From assembly GCA_964615975.1 (NCBI GenBank), contig CAZTTH010000008.1, positions 13,814 to 77,813 of the forward strand: a stretch of 64,000 nt of DNA. Direction: 5' to 3'. A model generated the notes under the pieces. It saw nothing but the letters and a program-made list of their open reading frames with translations. It was not told where the DNA came from and searched no databases. The stretch's first letter is position 1. Every line of letters begins with the position of its first letter. This stretch comes from an uncultured Lentisphaerales bacterium (lineage in GTDB: Bacteria > Verrucomicrobiota > Lentisphaeria > JABSQK01 > JAJFLO01). This document shows positions 15,778 to 24,886 of the stretch, in pieces. The translations under genes were made by a program, and so were the position numbers.

Positions 15778-16350
15778 TCAAACTGCCAATCGGTCAGTGA
15801 CTACATCATCGATCATCTTGTTGAACTCGGCTTCAACCTTTTTAGTAAAATCCGCCTCGATCTGATAAACCATGCGTTCGCTCGCCCGGATTTCGCAGAC
15901 CTCTTCAAGCAGTTCCTCGAAGTATCGCCGGTCGAAACGAGTGCCGTGTTTAAAGCGGTCGGAATCGATAGCGAAACCTTTGAGGATGTAGTCCTTTAAC
16001 CGATCGGTAGCCCAGGTACGAAATTGGGTCGCTCGCACGCTTTTGACGCGATACCCAACAGCTATGATCGCTTCGAGGCTGTAAAGCTTCGTACGATACT
16101 GCTTGCCATCAGCGGCAGTTACCGAGGATTCCTCGGTAACTGCTGATTCGATTAGTTCTTGATCGGCGAAAATATTCTTTAAATGCAAGGAGATATTGTC
16201 GGTGGAACACTCATAAAGTTCGGCTATGAGTTTCTGGGTGAGCCAAACATTTTCGTTCTCGAAGCGAACTTCAACGCGAGCCCGCCCATCTTCACTTGCG
16301 AAGATGGTGATATTGTCGATGCGTATAGGTTGCGAATTTTTAGACATCAT
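15778..16350 (-). CDS. RhuM-family protein, truncated and fused to a Res-type C-terminal tail
   Basis: The RhuM core is LYSLEAIIAVGYRVKSVRATQFRTWATDRLKDYILKGFAIDSDRF...EIRASERMVYQ. The last ~25 aa (IEADFTKKVEAEFNKMI) are homologous to the Res C-terminus (IEADFSKKVKFEFDRML). Confidence 0.75.
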   Translation of the reverse strand: MMSKNSQPIRIDNITIFASEDGRARVEVRFENENVWLTQKLIAELYECSTDNISLHLKNIFADQELIESAVTEESSVTAADGKQYRTKLYSLEAIIAVGYRVKSVRATQFRTWATDRLKDYILKGFAIDSDRFKHGTRFDRRYFEELLEEVCEIRASERMVYQIEADFTKKVEAEFNKMIDDVVTDRLAV

Positions 16351-17435
16351 TAACTTCCTTCCTGCATGGATTCTCTGGTCAAAATAGCATTCAAGGCGGT
16401 GTTAATGTAGTAATTAGTCCGCCCTATTTTTTGTTTTTTAAGGAAGCCGCCGCCGGTCAACGCATCGAGATATTTGGTGGCGGTGAGGCGCGACACCTTC
16501 AGATCACGTTCGACGAATTCGATCTTGGTATAGGGGTGGGTAAACAGGTTATTGATCAGATCCTGACTGTAAAACTTGTACTCCGCGCGAATACGGTGCT
16601 TCGCATCCATCAACGCCGCATTAATGGCATGGATGGTTTCGATGGCATCACCGGCGGTTGATTCAATGGCGGTAAGCAGGTAAAGCACCCACTCTTCCCA
16701 TGCATCGTTTTCGCGAACACTCTGAAGCAGTCGATAATAATCCGGTTTGGTGCGGACGATGTGGCGGCTGAGATATAGCACCGGGATATCGAGCAGACCT
16801 TCCTTCACCAAGTAAAGCACATTAACGATGCGGCCGGTGCGGCCATTGCCATCATAGAACGGGTGGATACTTTCAAACTGGTGATGGATCAACGCCATTT
16901 TAATGAGCGGGTCAGCGGCAAATAAATCACGATCATTGATGAAACGCTCAAGATCGCGCATGAGCGCGATAATGGTATCTGGATCTTGCGGCGGCATATA
17001 GATCGCCTGACCAGAGCCATCTTTCAACACAGTCCCTGGCAGTTTGCGGAAACCGGCGTTGTTTTGCTCCAGCTCTACCTGAATCTGAATGATATGGTTG
17101 ATGGTAAGCAGACCACTTTGTTGCACTAGATCGAATCCAACCCGTAAAGCCTGGCGATACCGTAGTACCTCCTTGGCGGCGCCATGGTGCAAGTTCTCGG
17201 GAAAAAGGTCATCTTTATATAATTCGTCATGAGTGGTCACGATGTTTTCTATGGCCGAACTATCCTTGGCCTCCTGTATTCCCAGAGTGTTGATGAGTAT
17301 CCCCTGGTTAGGAATGGAGGCGGCGACTCCCTTGAGTTCAGCTAGTTTACGACTTGTTAAAGCCAATTTTTTAAGGATAACGGGAGTATCGAATCTTATC
17401 GACGGCAAACGATCTAATGGCAGAATGGTGGTCAT
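16350..17435 (-). CDS. Fic-family protein (AMPylase/adenylyltransferase type) with a C-terminal wHTH
   Basis: Fic motif HPFYDGNGRTGR. The stop overlaps the rhuM start. Confidence 0.9.
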   Translation of the reverse strand: MTTILPLDRLPSIRFDTPVILKKLALTSRKLAELKGVAASIPNQGILINTLGIQEAKDSSAIENIVTTHDELYKDDLFPENLHHGAAKEVLRYRQALRVGFDLVQQSGLLTINHIIQIQVELEQNNAGFRKLPGTVLKDGSGQAIYMPPQDPDTIIALMRDLERFINDRDLFAADPLIKMALIHHQFESIHPFYDGNGRTGRIVNVLYLVKEGLLDIPVLYLSRHIVRTKPDYYRLLQSVRENDAWEEWVLYLLTAIESTAGDAIETIHAINAALMDAKHRIRAEYKFYSQDLINNLFTHPYTKIEFVERDLKVSRLTATKYLDALTGGGFLKKQKIGRTNYYINTALNAILTRESMQEGS

Positions 17436-17458
17436 GTTATCCCCTTAACCCCTTGTCG

Positions 17459-17529
17459 ATATGTATATAAAAATAGCGTTTTCTATACATATGGCGCACA
17501 ATGTGTATAGGATATGGCAAGATTGTATA
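17459..17529. promoter_or_regulatory. putative operator array upstream of fic: four TGTATA/TATACA hexamers at 20-22-bp spacing
   Basis: A perfect inverted repeat, ATATGTATA (17459-17467) and TATACATAT (17484-17492), is separated by a 16-nt spacer. Further TGTATA hexamers lie at 17504-17509 and 17524-17529. Confidence 0.4.
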
Positions 17530-17537
17530 CGGATTAT

Positions 17538-20500
17538 TCATAATGATGCCGGCCGCGGGTGTATTATCATGCTTAACATCCGATCAAATTCAAATTTAAC
17601 CTTCTTGGAAAAATCTGCCTCAATCTGATAAACATCATTGAACTCGGCGAATGCCCAGCGGCCAAACGTGCCCAGGTTGTTCACACCGGGTACCCAGTAG
17701 GTTTCGATGGCGGACTTCTTATCCTTGGCATCCTCGCGGCGGTAGCCTTTGATCTCAACAATCAGATGGAGGAGATCGTCGGGCCCGTGGCCGTCATCCA
17801 CGCGCACGATAAAGTCCGGCAGATACTTGCGGATTTCAGAACCATGGCGATAGGGCACTTCGAGGCCGAGGTTGTGATTTTTGACGTAGGCATGAACTTT
17901 AGGGTGCGACTCGGCGACCCGGCAGAACTCGGCTTCCCAATCGCTGTCGAGGATAACCCAGTTGATATGGCAACTCTTGGAACTGGTTTCCCAGCGGTCA
18001 CGGCGCGAGGTGTTAAAGCGAACATGGGCCGTGGAGCCCGTGGGATTATAAGGGTCGAGCAGGGCTTTGATGGGACGTTCTCCGACGAAGGCGCGGGTAA
18101 TACCGGCAGTAATGCGTTCGCAAGCTATATCAGCGAGCATTTTGTATTTTAACTGCGCGGGGTAAGTTCTACCCTTGCAAATCAAGCAAGTGTCCAGCCA
18201 ATGCTTGGCAATCCGTTTCAATTGTCCGAAAAGATTAAAATGGGCAGACTGCCCCGGGTCACGCCAATGATTCAGAACGAGATGGGAAGTCAATTCAAAA
18301 AGAATTTGTGATGGACGCACCTCTCTAGTATGATCGAGAGTCAGGTCGACAGTTTGTCCAATTATTCCAGACTGACGAGTCGTTGTTGCACCAACCAACT
18401 CCGGGGTAAGCTCAAGAATCGAGTCTTGGTCAAATTGGGCAATTAGACGATCATCGGGCAATTCAACACGATAGCCTGCCACACGGGGGAAAATTATCTC
18501 CAGATGATTTCTCTCTGGGCTAATGGCTTTCACTCGGACGGTTTGCGGGGGTGGTTGTGGGGGAGAGATTACGGGCTGGGCTGTAAAGTTAAAGGGAATG
18601 CCAATAATATCAGCATATTCTACATTGAACAATCCTTTATCCGATCCTTCCTCATTTAGCCAATAGGACCATCGCCTCAGAGCTCGGCCGATGACCTGTT
18701 CACATAGTAGCTGAGTACCAAAAGCCCGAACTCCAAGTACATGAGTGACAGTGTTGGCATCCCAGCCCTCGGTAAGCATGGAAACTGAAACAACACAACG
18801 AATGTCACTACCAAGTGTCCCAGGTTTGCCCACAGTGTTCATAACTTCCCGCAATAGGGTTGTATCGTCGAAATCTTTTCCTTCCCTCAATTGCTCCGCC
18901 AAGGGGCCGCCTCTTTCCATAACTTGACTCTTGAACTGAGTAATTTCAGGGGCTGCAACTGCTCGGAAGTTATCATCGAAACCTTCCCCCGATTCCAATT
19001 GAGCGCTGTCGATGAGCAATGTGTATGGGCGAGTTAATGGGTTGCCGTGCTCGTCATGATTTCGGAATAGTTCGAGACGTCCACCCACAGGCTTGAAGCT
19101 TCCATCCTCCTGCAGTTGATCAAAGCCAGAAATGAAATCGTAGATTAGCTTCGAAACGGCCGTGTTCTGACAAACAATGATAAAGCATGGCGGAACCGGG
19201 ATCCCTCTTTCTCGCCAACACTGAAAAGTTTTGGAATAGTGGCCATAGAGTGCTTCGAGTGCGGTTTGAAGTAAGGGGGGCAGGCTCAAAGGGTCAAGTC
19301 TAGACTGACCGCGCTTTTTCTTTGGCATTTTCGAGCGCACGTTCTCCCACAGATTTCTGAATAACGGAACGTCAGCTCCGGGTATGTTGTCCGAGACTGG
19401 AACCCGAGGCAATTTCACGATTCCGCACTCAATTGCGTCCATGAGTGAAAAATCGCTCATCGTCCAGTGGAACATCGTACCTTCTCGATATCCAGAGCCA
19501 CGGAGAAAGAAAGGTGTTGCAGAAAGATCGATTACACGAAGAAGACCGATTTTGCGATTCACTTTCTCAAGTCCCGAAATCCAAAGTCGTGCCGCCTTGT
19601 TGTTCTCCGCAGCTTCTTCCCTGGCTTCTCTCAGTGCGTTGCCAGAAAGAGGATTACCTTCTGAATCAGTGAACTGACTGTCGTCTGCAGGTTTCTCACG
19701 ATAACAGTGATGTGCCTCGTCATTTATAACAAGGATATTTTTCATGCCCATGAGTTCGGGCATGACACGTTGAATCATCTGGCCTTCGGTCTCAAGTGTT
19801 AGCGGATCATCACCGGTTCGGCCCTTGAGGAGTTGACGGTTGCCTTTTGAAAGATTGGTGCGCTCCCGGAGTTTGAAGGCATGGTAGTTGGTGATGACAA
19901 TCTTGGCCTTCTTGAGATCGTCGAGCATATCATGCGGCACGAGTTCGCGGCTAGCATAATAGCTGTCAGGATCGTGGGGTTGGAGGACGCGCAGACGATC
20001 CTTGATGGTCAGACCGGGGGCGACGATGAGGAACCCACGGCTGAAATATTTGCTGCCAGGGCGGCGGACAGCATTGATGGTTTGCCAGGCGATAAGCATG
20101 GCCATAACGGTGGTCTTGCCAGCGCCGGTGGCCAGTTTCAGGGCGAAGCGCATGAGTTCAGGATTGGCATCCTGATTAGCGCTTGCCAGGTAATCGAGCA
20201 ATTGTTTACTGCTCTTATAAAAGGGAGCGACTTCGGTCAGCCAGATGGCGGTTTCGACCGCTTCAATCTGACAGAAGAACGGGCGGAAGTCGCCGAATTT
20301 ATGGTGACGCCAGTGCTGCAGCAGGCGGGTTGTCTCGGGGCTAACCTGCCATTGGCCGGGATTGGACAACGCCCGCCAGGCATTCACATGGCGGCGAACT
20401 TCATTGATGTTGGACGTAGGATCGTATTGCTGATCCTTGGTCGAAAGCCCCTGGCCTTCGTCGAATACGAATTCTTCCTGAGCGGCGGATTGCTTCCGCT

Positions 20501-20654
20501 TCTTCGGTTTGGGAATAGGAGTGATAAACTCAGCCCGGCGACGACTCAGCATGATCCGCTGTGTCGGTTGTCCAGATTTATCCAATTCCCAGTGTCGACT
20601 TGGACACTCATAAGGCGAGTTGAGGATGGGGTGGTCGAAGAAGGGATTGGACAT
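17538..20654 (-). CDS. res: type III-like restriction endonuclease / SF2 helicase subunit (Res)
   Basis: KLATGAGKTTVMAMLIAW (Walker A / motif I), LVINDEAHHCY (DEAH, motif II), and MLTEGWDANTVTHVLGVRAFGTQLLCEQVIGRALRR (motifs V-VI). Confidence 0.9.
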   Translation of the reverse strand: MSNPFFDHPILNSPYECPSRHWELDKSGQPTQRIMLSRRRAEFITPIPKPKKRKQSAAQEEFVFDEGQGLSTKDQQYDPTSNINEVRRHVNAWRALSNPGQWQVSPETTRLLQHWRHHKFGDFRPFFCQIEAVETAIWLTEVAPFYKSSKQLLDYLASANQDANPELMRFALKLATGAGKTTVMAMLIAWQTINAVRRPGSKYFSRGFLIVAPGLTIKDRLRVLQPHDPDSYYASRELVPHDMLDDLKKAKIVITNYHAFKLRERTNLSKGNRQLLKGRTGDDPLTLETEGQMIQRVMPELMGMKNILVINDEAHHCYREKPADDSQFTDSEGNPLSGNALREAREEAAENNKAARLWISGLEKVNRKIGLLRVIDLSATPFFLRGSGYREGTMFHWTMSDFSLMDAIECGIVKLPRVPVSDNIPGADVPLFRNLWENVRSKMPKKKRGQSRLDPLSLPPLLQTALEALYGHYSKTFQCWRERGIPVPPCFIIVCQNTAVSKLIYDFISGFDQLQEDGSFKPVGGRLELFRNHDEHGNPLTRPYTLLIDSAQLESGEGFDDNFRAVAAPEITQFKSQVMERGGPLAEQLREGKDFDDTTLLREVMNTVGKPGTLGSDIRCVVSVSMLTEGWDANTVTHVLGVRAFGTQLLCEQVIGRALRRWSYWLNEEGSDKGLFNVEYADIIGIPFNFTAQPVISPPQPPPQTVRVKAISPERNHLEIIFPRVAGYRVELPDDRLIAQFDQDSILELTPELVGATTTRQSGIIGQTVDLTLDHTREVRPSQILFELTSHLVLNHWRDPGQSAHFNLFGQLKRIAKHWLDTCLICKGRTYPAQLKYKMLADIACERITAGITRAFVGERPIKALLDPYNPTGSTAHVRFNTSRRDRWETSSKSCHINWVILDSDWEAEFCRVAESHPKVHAYVKNHNLGLEVPYRHGSEIRKYLPDFIVRVDDGHGPDDLLHLIVEIKGYRREDAKDKKSAIETYWVPGVNNLGTFGRWAFAEFNDVYQIEADFSKKVKFEFDRMLSMIIHPRPASL

Positions 20655-20950
20655 TGATGAATAAGATTTTATTAGCGTATTAGAATCTTGTCAGAAATCG
20701 AGAACTCGATTAATAGAACTTGTAGTGTTGACAAATAAAAGATCACGTTAAAATCTTGTTCGACTTCCCATGACGTATAGCGAATACATTGGGGAGAAAA
20801 ATGCATGGAAAGTTGATATACAATGTCACAAACGGCAAGGATGCCGATGATACAAACAGCGATCCTCTATATTGGCAATATAGGCGCGCGACGTGATGTT
20901 CATGGAATGCTGACCCAGAACAAACTAGAGAGGGGAAAGCATTATTGTTA

Positions 20951-21407
20951 AATTCATCGGCGGGTGTAAGCCGGATTCTGTCCTCTGGTGGTAACGCCGT
21001 GTTGATCATGACGGTTAAGCCATGAATCAACGCGGCTCCCAGAGTAACGACCATTTATCTGCGCGGTCTACCCGGAACTTATATCTTGCGAAACGGCACG
21101 GGCCGCGCCTTGTTCCCTATTTGACCTTGCTCCAGGATGGGTTTACCCTGCGATTCGGCTTGCGCCGGAATCCGGTGGGCTCTTACCCCACCATTTCACC
21201 CTTACCCCATCTTCACCGCCGGCAGGATGGTTCGCATCCCGCCGGCGGTGAAGATGAGGCGGTATATTTTCTGTGGCACTTTCCTGACCGAGGCGTCTGG
21301 TCCTCGATATCCGGGATTGCTCCCGGATTCCTCGCCCTGTGGAGTCCGGACTTTCCTCCATTTCAGGTGATGATCCTGAAACAGCGACCGTTCCCCGCCG
21401 ATGAAAT
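20951..21407 (-). ncRNA. rnpB: RNase P RNA, bacterial type A
   Basis: The reverse complement contains GGAGGAAAGTCCGGACTCCACAGGGC, GTGCCACAGAAAA, GGGTAAGGGTGAAA, GGTAAGAGCCCACC, GGTAAACCCATCCTGGAGCAAGGTCAAATAGGG and ACAGAATCCGGCTTAC. P1 is formed by TTCATCGGCGGG / CCCGCCGATGAA. The ends are approximate to within a few nt. Confidence 0.88.
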
Positions 21408-21432
21408 TTGTAAACATGATAAGGATTCTCCG

Positions 21433-22356
21433 CTATTTCAGCGGCGCTTCGATGCGTTCGACCGTTTCGACCTGAATCAGTGGTCGCGGCCAGCCTTTGA
21501 TCCAGCTTTCTTCGCCAGTGATTTCAACCTGTTTTCCCAGATGAACGGCCAGATCACCGTTGGGCATACTTAAATATGCCAGTGGATAATAGCGTTGATT
21601 GATGGCGATTGCCAGAGCGTATATCGAGCGTTGCTCACCCAGCTTCAACGTAATCAGCTCCCCCTGCCTGGTTACTGATCGCGGCGTTCCCACCGGAATC
21701 GTTTCCGCGGGAAGCGCCGCGGGCACCAAAGGATCAACGATCATGCCATCCCTTAGAGTCGCCGGCGCCACGGTTTGTTCTACCAATTGTTTGCTCAAAT
21801 CGTGCCCCTGTTCATCACGGGATTGGGATTTCCAGCTCTTGTCGCGCCGCATCGATTCCCGATCAACGGTTATGAAACTGGCGTTGACCCAGACAATCGT
21901 ATCTGCCGGCGGTTTTATATGCACCCAGCGATGGCCGACTCGATTGAGGATTTCAACGATATCATCCTTTGACAAGGTTAAATAAGCGGAAAACAATTCC
22001 CCCGGTCCGGCATATACAGGCGTGTGGTCATTAATGACCCGATTATCGGCGAGACGATCGGCGGCGATCCAGGTTTCAGTGTTGGTTGGCGCGGCGATGC
22101 CATACCAGTCATCGACAAGGCGTTTGATTTCCACCTCCGCTCCTTTTTCCAGCACACAGACGACTTCCGATTGAATACCTGCCTGGGCGCGCACATTCAA
22201 TTTATTGGAATTGACAATGCCCTTGAAGGGAAACGCGTAACGCGCCTCAGGATCAGCCGGCTCCGCACCGGAAACCAGCGCTACCATGCAGTAAAGTGAT
22301 AGGATGATGACCGCCAGCAGTGCCGGTTTGATGAGATTTTTTATCGCTCTAGACAT
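21433..22356 (-). CDS. secreted/membrane-anchored SH3b-domain protein
   Basis: N-terminal hydrophobic signal/anchor, followed by GIVNSNKLNVRAQAGIQSEVVCVLEKGAEVEI..DDWYGI, an SH3_3-like repeat. Confidence 0.55.
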   Translation of the reverse strand: MSRAIKNLIKPALLAVIILSLYCMVALVSGAEPADPEARYAFPFKGIVNSNKLNVRAQAGIQSEVVCVLEKGAEVEIKRLVDDWYGIAAPTNTETWIAADRLADNRVINDHTPVYAGPGELFSAYLTLSKDDIVEILNRVGHRWVHIKPPADTIVWVNASFITVDRESMRRDKSWKSQSRDEQGHDLSKQLVEQTVAPATLRDGMIVDPLVPAALPAETIPVGTPRSVTRQGELITLKLGEQRSIYALAIAINQRYYPLAYLSMPNGDLAVHLGKQVEITGEESWIKGWPRPLIQVETVERIEAPLK

Positions 22357-22370
22357 AACTACTCCCTAAT

Positions 22371-24143
22371 TTAATTAAGCACCGCCTTGATGCGGCGGAC
22401 CCCGCGGCTGGAACTTTCTTCCTTGAGAATTTTGAATTGACCCAGTTCCGCGGAATTTTGCACATGAGGACCCCCGCAAATTTCCATGCTGAAATCGCCG
22501 ATGGTATAGACACTGACCACCTCGCCATATTTTTCTTCAAACAATCCAATCGCGCCTTGTTTTTTGGCTTCGCTGACACTGGTCTCGCTCCGCGACACGG
22601 GTAAGCCGCGGCGGATTTGCTCATTCACGATCGTTTCCACCTGTTTGAGCTGTTGTTCATCCATCTTATCGGGATGGGAAAAATCGAAACGCAATCGATC
22701 GGCAGTGATGTTCGAACCTTTTTGGGCGACATGATCCCCCAATACCATTCGCAATGCCTTATGGAGAAGATGAGTGGCGGTATGCAGCCGTGTCGTCGCA
22801 TCGGAATGATCGGCCAGCCCCCCCTTGAATTTCTTTTCCGCCCCTTCCCGGGATAACGCCTGATGTTTTTTGAATTCTTCGTAAAATTCCGCTTCGGCCA
22901 CAGCATAACCCTTATCCCGCGCGATTTCTCGAACCAGCTCCAAGGGGAACCCATAAGTTTGATAAAGATCGAATGCCTGGATCCCAGAGATGGTTTTCTG
23001 ACTGGCGATGGCGTTGTTTGATTGTAATAACTTATTCAATTCATATAGTCCCTTGTCCAGGGTTTTCTTGAACTGCGCTTCCTCCGTCTCCAGGGTGTCA
23101 TAAATCTCGACGGCGCGGGATTCCAAATCCGGATGATCGGGGGTGTATTGGGTGATCACTGCTTCTGCCAGTGATCGGGTAAAGTGCCCATCGATGCCCA
23201 ATTGCCGCCCTTCGCGGATGGCACGGCGGATCAACCGCCGCAGCACATAACCCTGATCCACATTGGCGGGAACGATACCGGTGGTGATAATAAACACCGC
23301 GGCGCGCAGATGCTCGACCACGATTCTCCCACCCCTGCTCTGCCGGGGATTGTGAGCGGAAATAAACGATTGCAAGCGCTCGAACAAGGGGGTGAATAGT
23401 TCGGTATCGTAGACGCTTGATTTCCCTTGCAGAATCGCGGTTACCCGCTCGACTCCCATGCCGGTATCGACATTTTTCTGGCTCAGAGGAACATACAATC
23501 CATCCGGAGTCTTGTTGTACTCCATGAACACATCATTCCAAATCTCCACCCAGCGGGAATCATCGGGATCAAAGTTTTCTGGAGGAGAGCCGCCGCCTGT
23601 CCAATAAAACATTTCAGTATCCGGACCACATGGTCCGGTTTGTCCCGCCGGTCCCCACCAGTTGTCTTCCTTGCCCAGTCGGGCAAGGCGTGCTTCCGGG
23701 ATCCCGAGAGACCGCCAGCAGTCATAAGCGAATTGATCGAAAGCGGCGTCGTTGTCACCGGCAAAAACCGAGACCGCCATCCGCGCTGGCGGCAATCCGA
23801 GAAATTTTTCGGAGGTTAAAAATTCGTAACTGAAGGAAATAGCTTCTTTCTTGAAATAATCCCCCAGCGACCAGTTCCCCAACATTTCGAAATAGGTCAA
23901 ATGGGTTTCATCGCCAACGCTGTCGATATCGCCGGTACGAACGCATTTCTGGACATTAACTAGGCGATTGCCGGCAGGATGTTTCTGTCCCATGAGGTAA
24001 GGGACAAGCGGATGCATCCCGGCCGTGGTAAACAGACAGGTGGGATCGTTTTCCGGAACCAGGGAAGCACTCTTGATGGGGGCGTGATCGTGCTGGCGAA
24101 AAAATTCGATGTACTTCTTTTTTAATTCTGATGCGGTGATCAT
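22371..24143 (-). CDS. alaS: alanine--tRNA ligase, short form lacking the C-Ala domain
   Basis: N-terminal ELKKKYIEFFRQHDH...LFTTAGMHPLVPY, WSLGDYFKKEAI, and the editing-domain motifs HTATHLLHKAL and CGGPHV. The ORF ends about 35 aa after CGGPHV. Confidence 0.9.
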   Translation of the reverse strand: MITASELKKKYIEFFRQHDHAPIKSASLVPENDPTCLFTTAGMHPLVPYLMGQKHPAGNRLVNVQKCVRTGDIDSVGDETHLTYFEMLGNWSLGDYFKKEAISFSYEFLTSEKFLGLPPARMAVSVFAGDNDAAFDQFAYDCWRSLGIPEARLARLGKEDNWWGPAGQTGPCGPDTEMFYWTGGGSPPENFDPDDSRWVEIWNDVFMEYNKTPDGLYVPLSQKNVDTGMGVERVTAILQGKSSVYDTELFTPLFERLQSFISAHNPRQSRGGRIVVEHLRAAVFIITTGIVPANVDQGYVLRRLIRRAIREGRQLGIDGHFTRSLAEAVITQYTPDHPDLESRAVEIYDTLETEEAQFKKTLDKGLYELNKLLQSNNAIASQKTISGIQAFDLYQTYGFPLELVREIARDKGYAVAEAEFYEEFKKHQALSREGAEKKFKGGLADHSDATTRLHTATHLLHKALRMVLGDHVAQKGSNITADRLRFDFSHPDKMDEQQLKQVETIVNEQIRRGLPVSRSETSVSEAKKQGAIGLFEEKYGEVVSVYTIGDFSMEICGGPHVQNSAELGQFKILKEESSSRGVRRIKAVLN

Positions 24144-24230
24144 GTGATAAACGTTAGATATAAGATTAGTGATTTAGGATTTGGTTAATCAAATCAATAG
24201 AATCAGCCTTTTCGATAACCATCGGCAAGG

Positions 24231-24860
24231 TTACTCCGACCTGACAACATACTCCGGGGTTCCCTCCCTGACTTCATCGATAAGTTCATCGGGAGGAACG
24301 GGGAAGTTAAACACCTTCGTCAAATCGATTTCCAGTCCCGGAAACGAGGGGCTTGTCAATCGTTCGTCCTGACCATAACCCTGATGTATCCGATAGCTCG
24401 CGCCGTCCAACAGCAGGATTTCAACCAACGCGGGATACGGGGTTACCAGCCAATATTCCTTGATCCCAAATTTGGCATACACAAAAGTTTTTCGCAATCG
24501 GTCATGCCGTTGCGTGGATGGAGAAAGGATTTCAACAACCAGAGCGGGGGGCCCTTCGATATGAGTTTCCTTGATTTGCCTGGGATCGCATACGACCAAT
24601 AGATCCGGTTGAACAATGTCTTGATTTGAAAGTTTTACATCGACTGGTGATATCAATAATTCGCAAGACTTTTTAGCAAAATATGATCGCATCTCAATAA
24701 ATAACTCTCGGACTATCCGCTGATGTCGGATCATTGGCGCCGGAGACATGTTGAACGCTTCACCGTCAATGAGTTCCCAGCGCTGTCCATCATCCCAATG
24801 GCAATAATCTGCCCAGTTATAATGTGTTAAGTTGCGCACTGCATCCATAAAACCAACCAT
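24231..24860 (-). CDS. Uma2-family (DUF820) putative endonuclease
   Basis: WELIDGEAFNMSPAP..RHQRIV, PDLLVV, ALVVEILSPST and GIKEYWLV match the Uma2 pattern. Confidence 0.8.
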   Translation of the reverse strand: MVGFMDAVRNLTHYNWADYCHWDDGQRWELIDGEAFNMSPAPMIRHQRIVRELFIEMRSYFAKKSCELLISPVDVKLSNQDIVQPDLLVVCDPRQIKETHIEGPPALVVEILSPSTQRHDRLRKTFVYAKFGIKEYWLVTPYPALVEILLLDGASYRIHQGYGQDERLTSPSFPGLEIDLTKVFNFPVPPDELIDEVREGTPEYVVRSE

Positions 24861-24886
24861 TTATATTGTCGTCTATTAACTTAAAA

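Noticed and set aside
20727-20760. Sigma70-like TTGACA, 15 nt, TAAAAT on the plus strand.
   Set aside because: There is no plus-strand gene or RNA downstream; the next features, rnpB and onward, are on the minus strand. The spacing is short, and a chance match in AT-rich DNA is likely.
20743-21054. 103-aa minus-strand ORF between res and rnpB.
   Set aside because: It overlaps the 3' end of rnpB (P1 and P4 strands). It has no Shine-Dalgarno, an odd composition and no recognisable motif.
21022-21573. ORFs of 183, 77, 72 and 71 aa (21022-21573, 21137-21370, 21143-21361, 21202-21417) overlapping one another on both strands.
   Set aside because: The region is the RNase P RNA gene; its conserved CR-I to CR-V sequences are present on the minus strand. 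The ORFs are GC-rich artefacts of a structured RNA.
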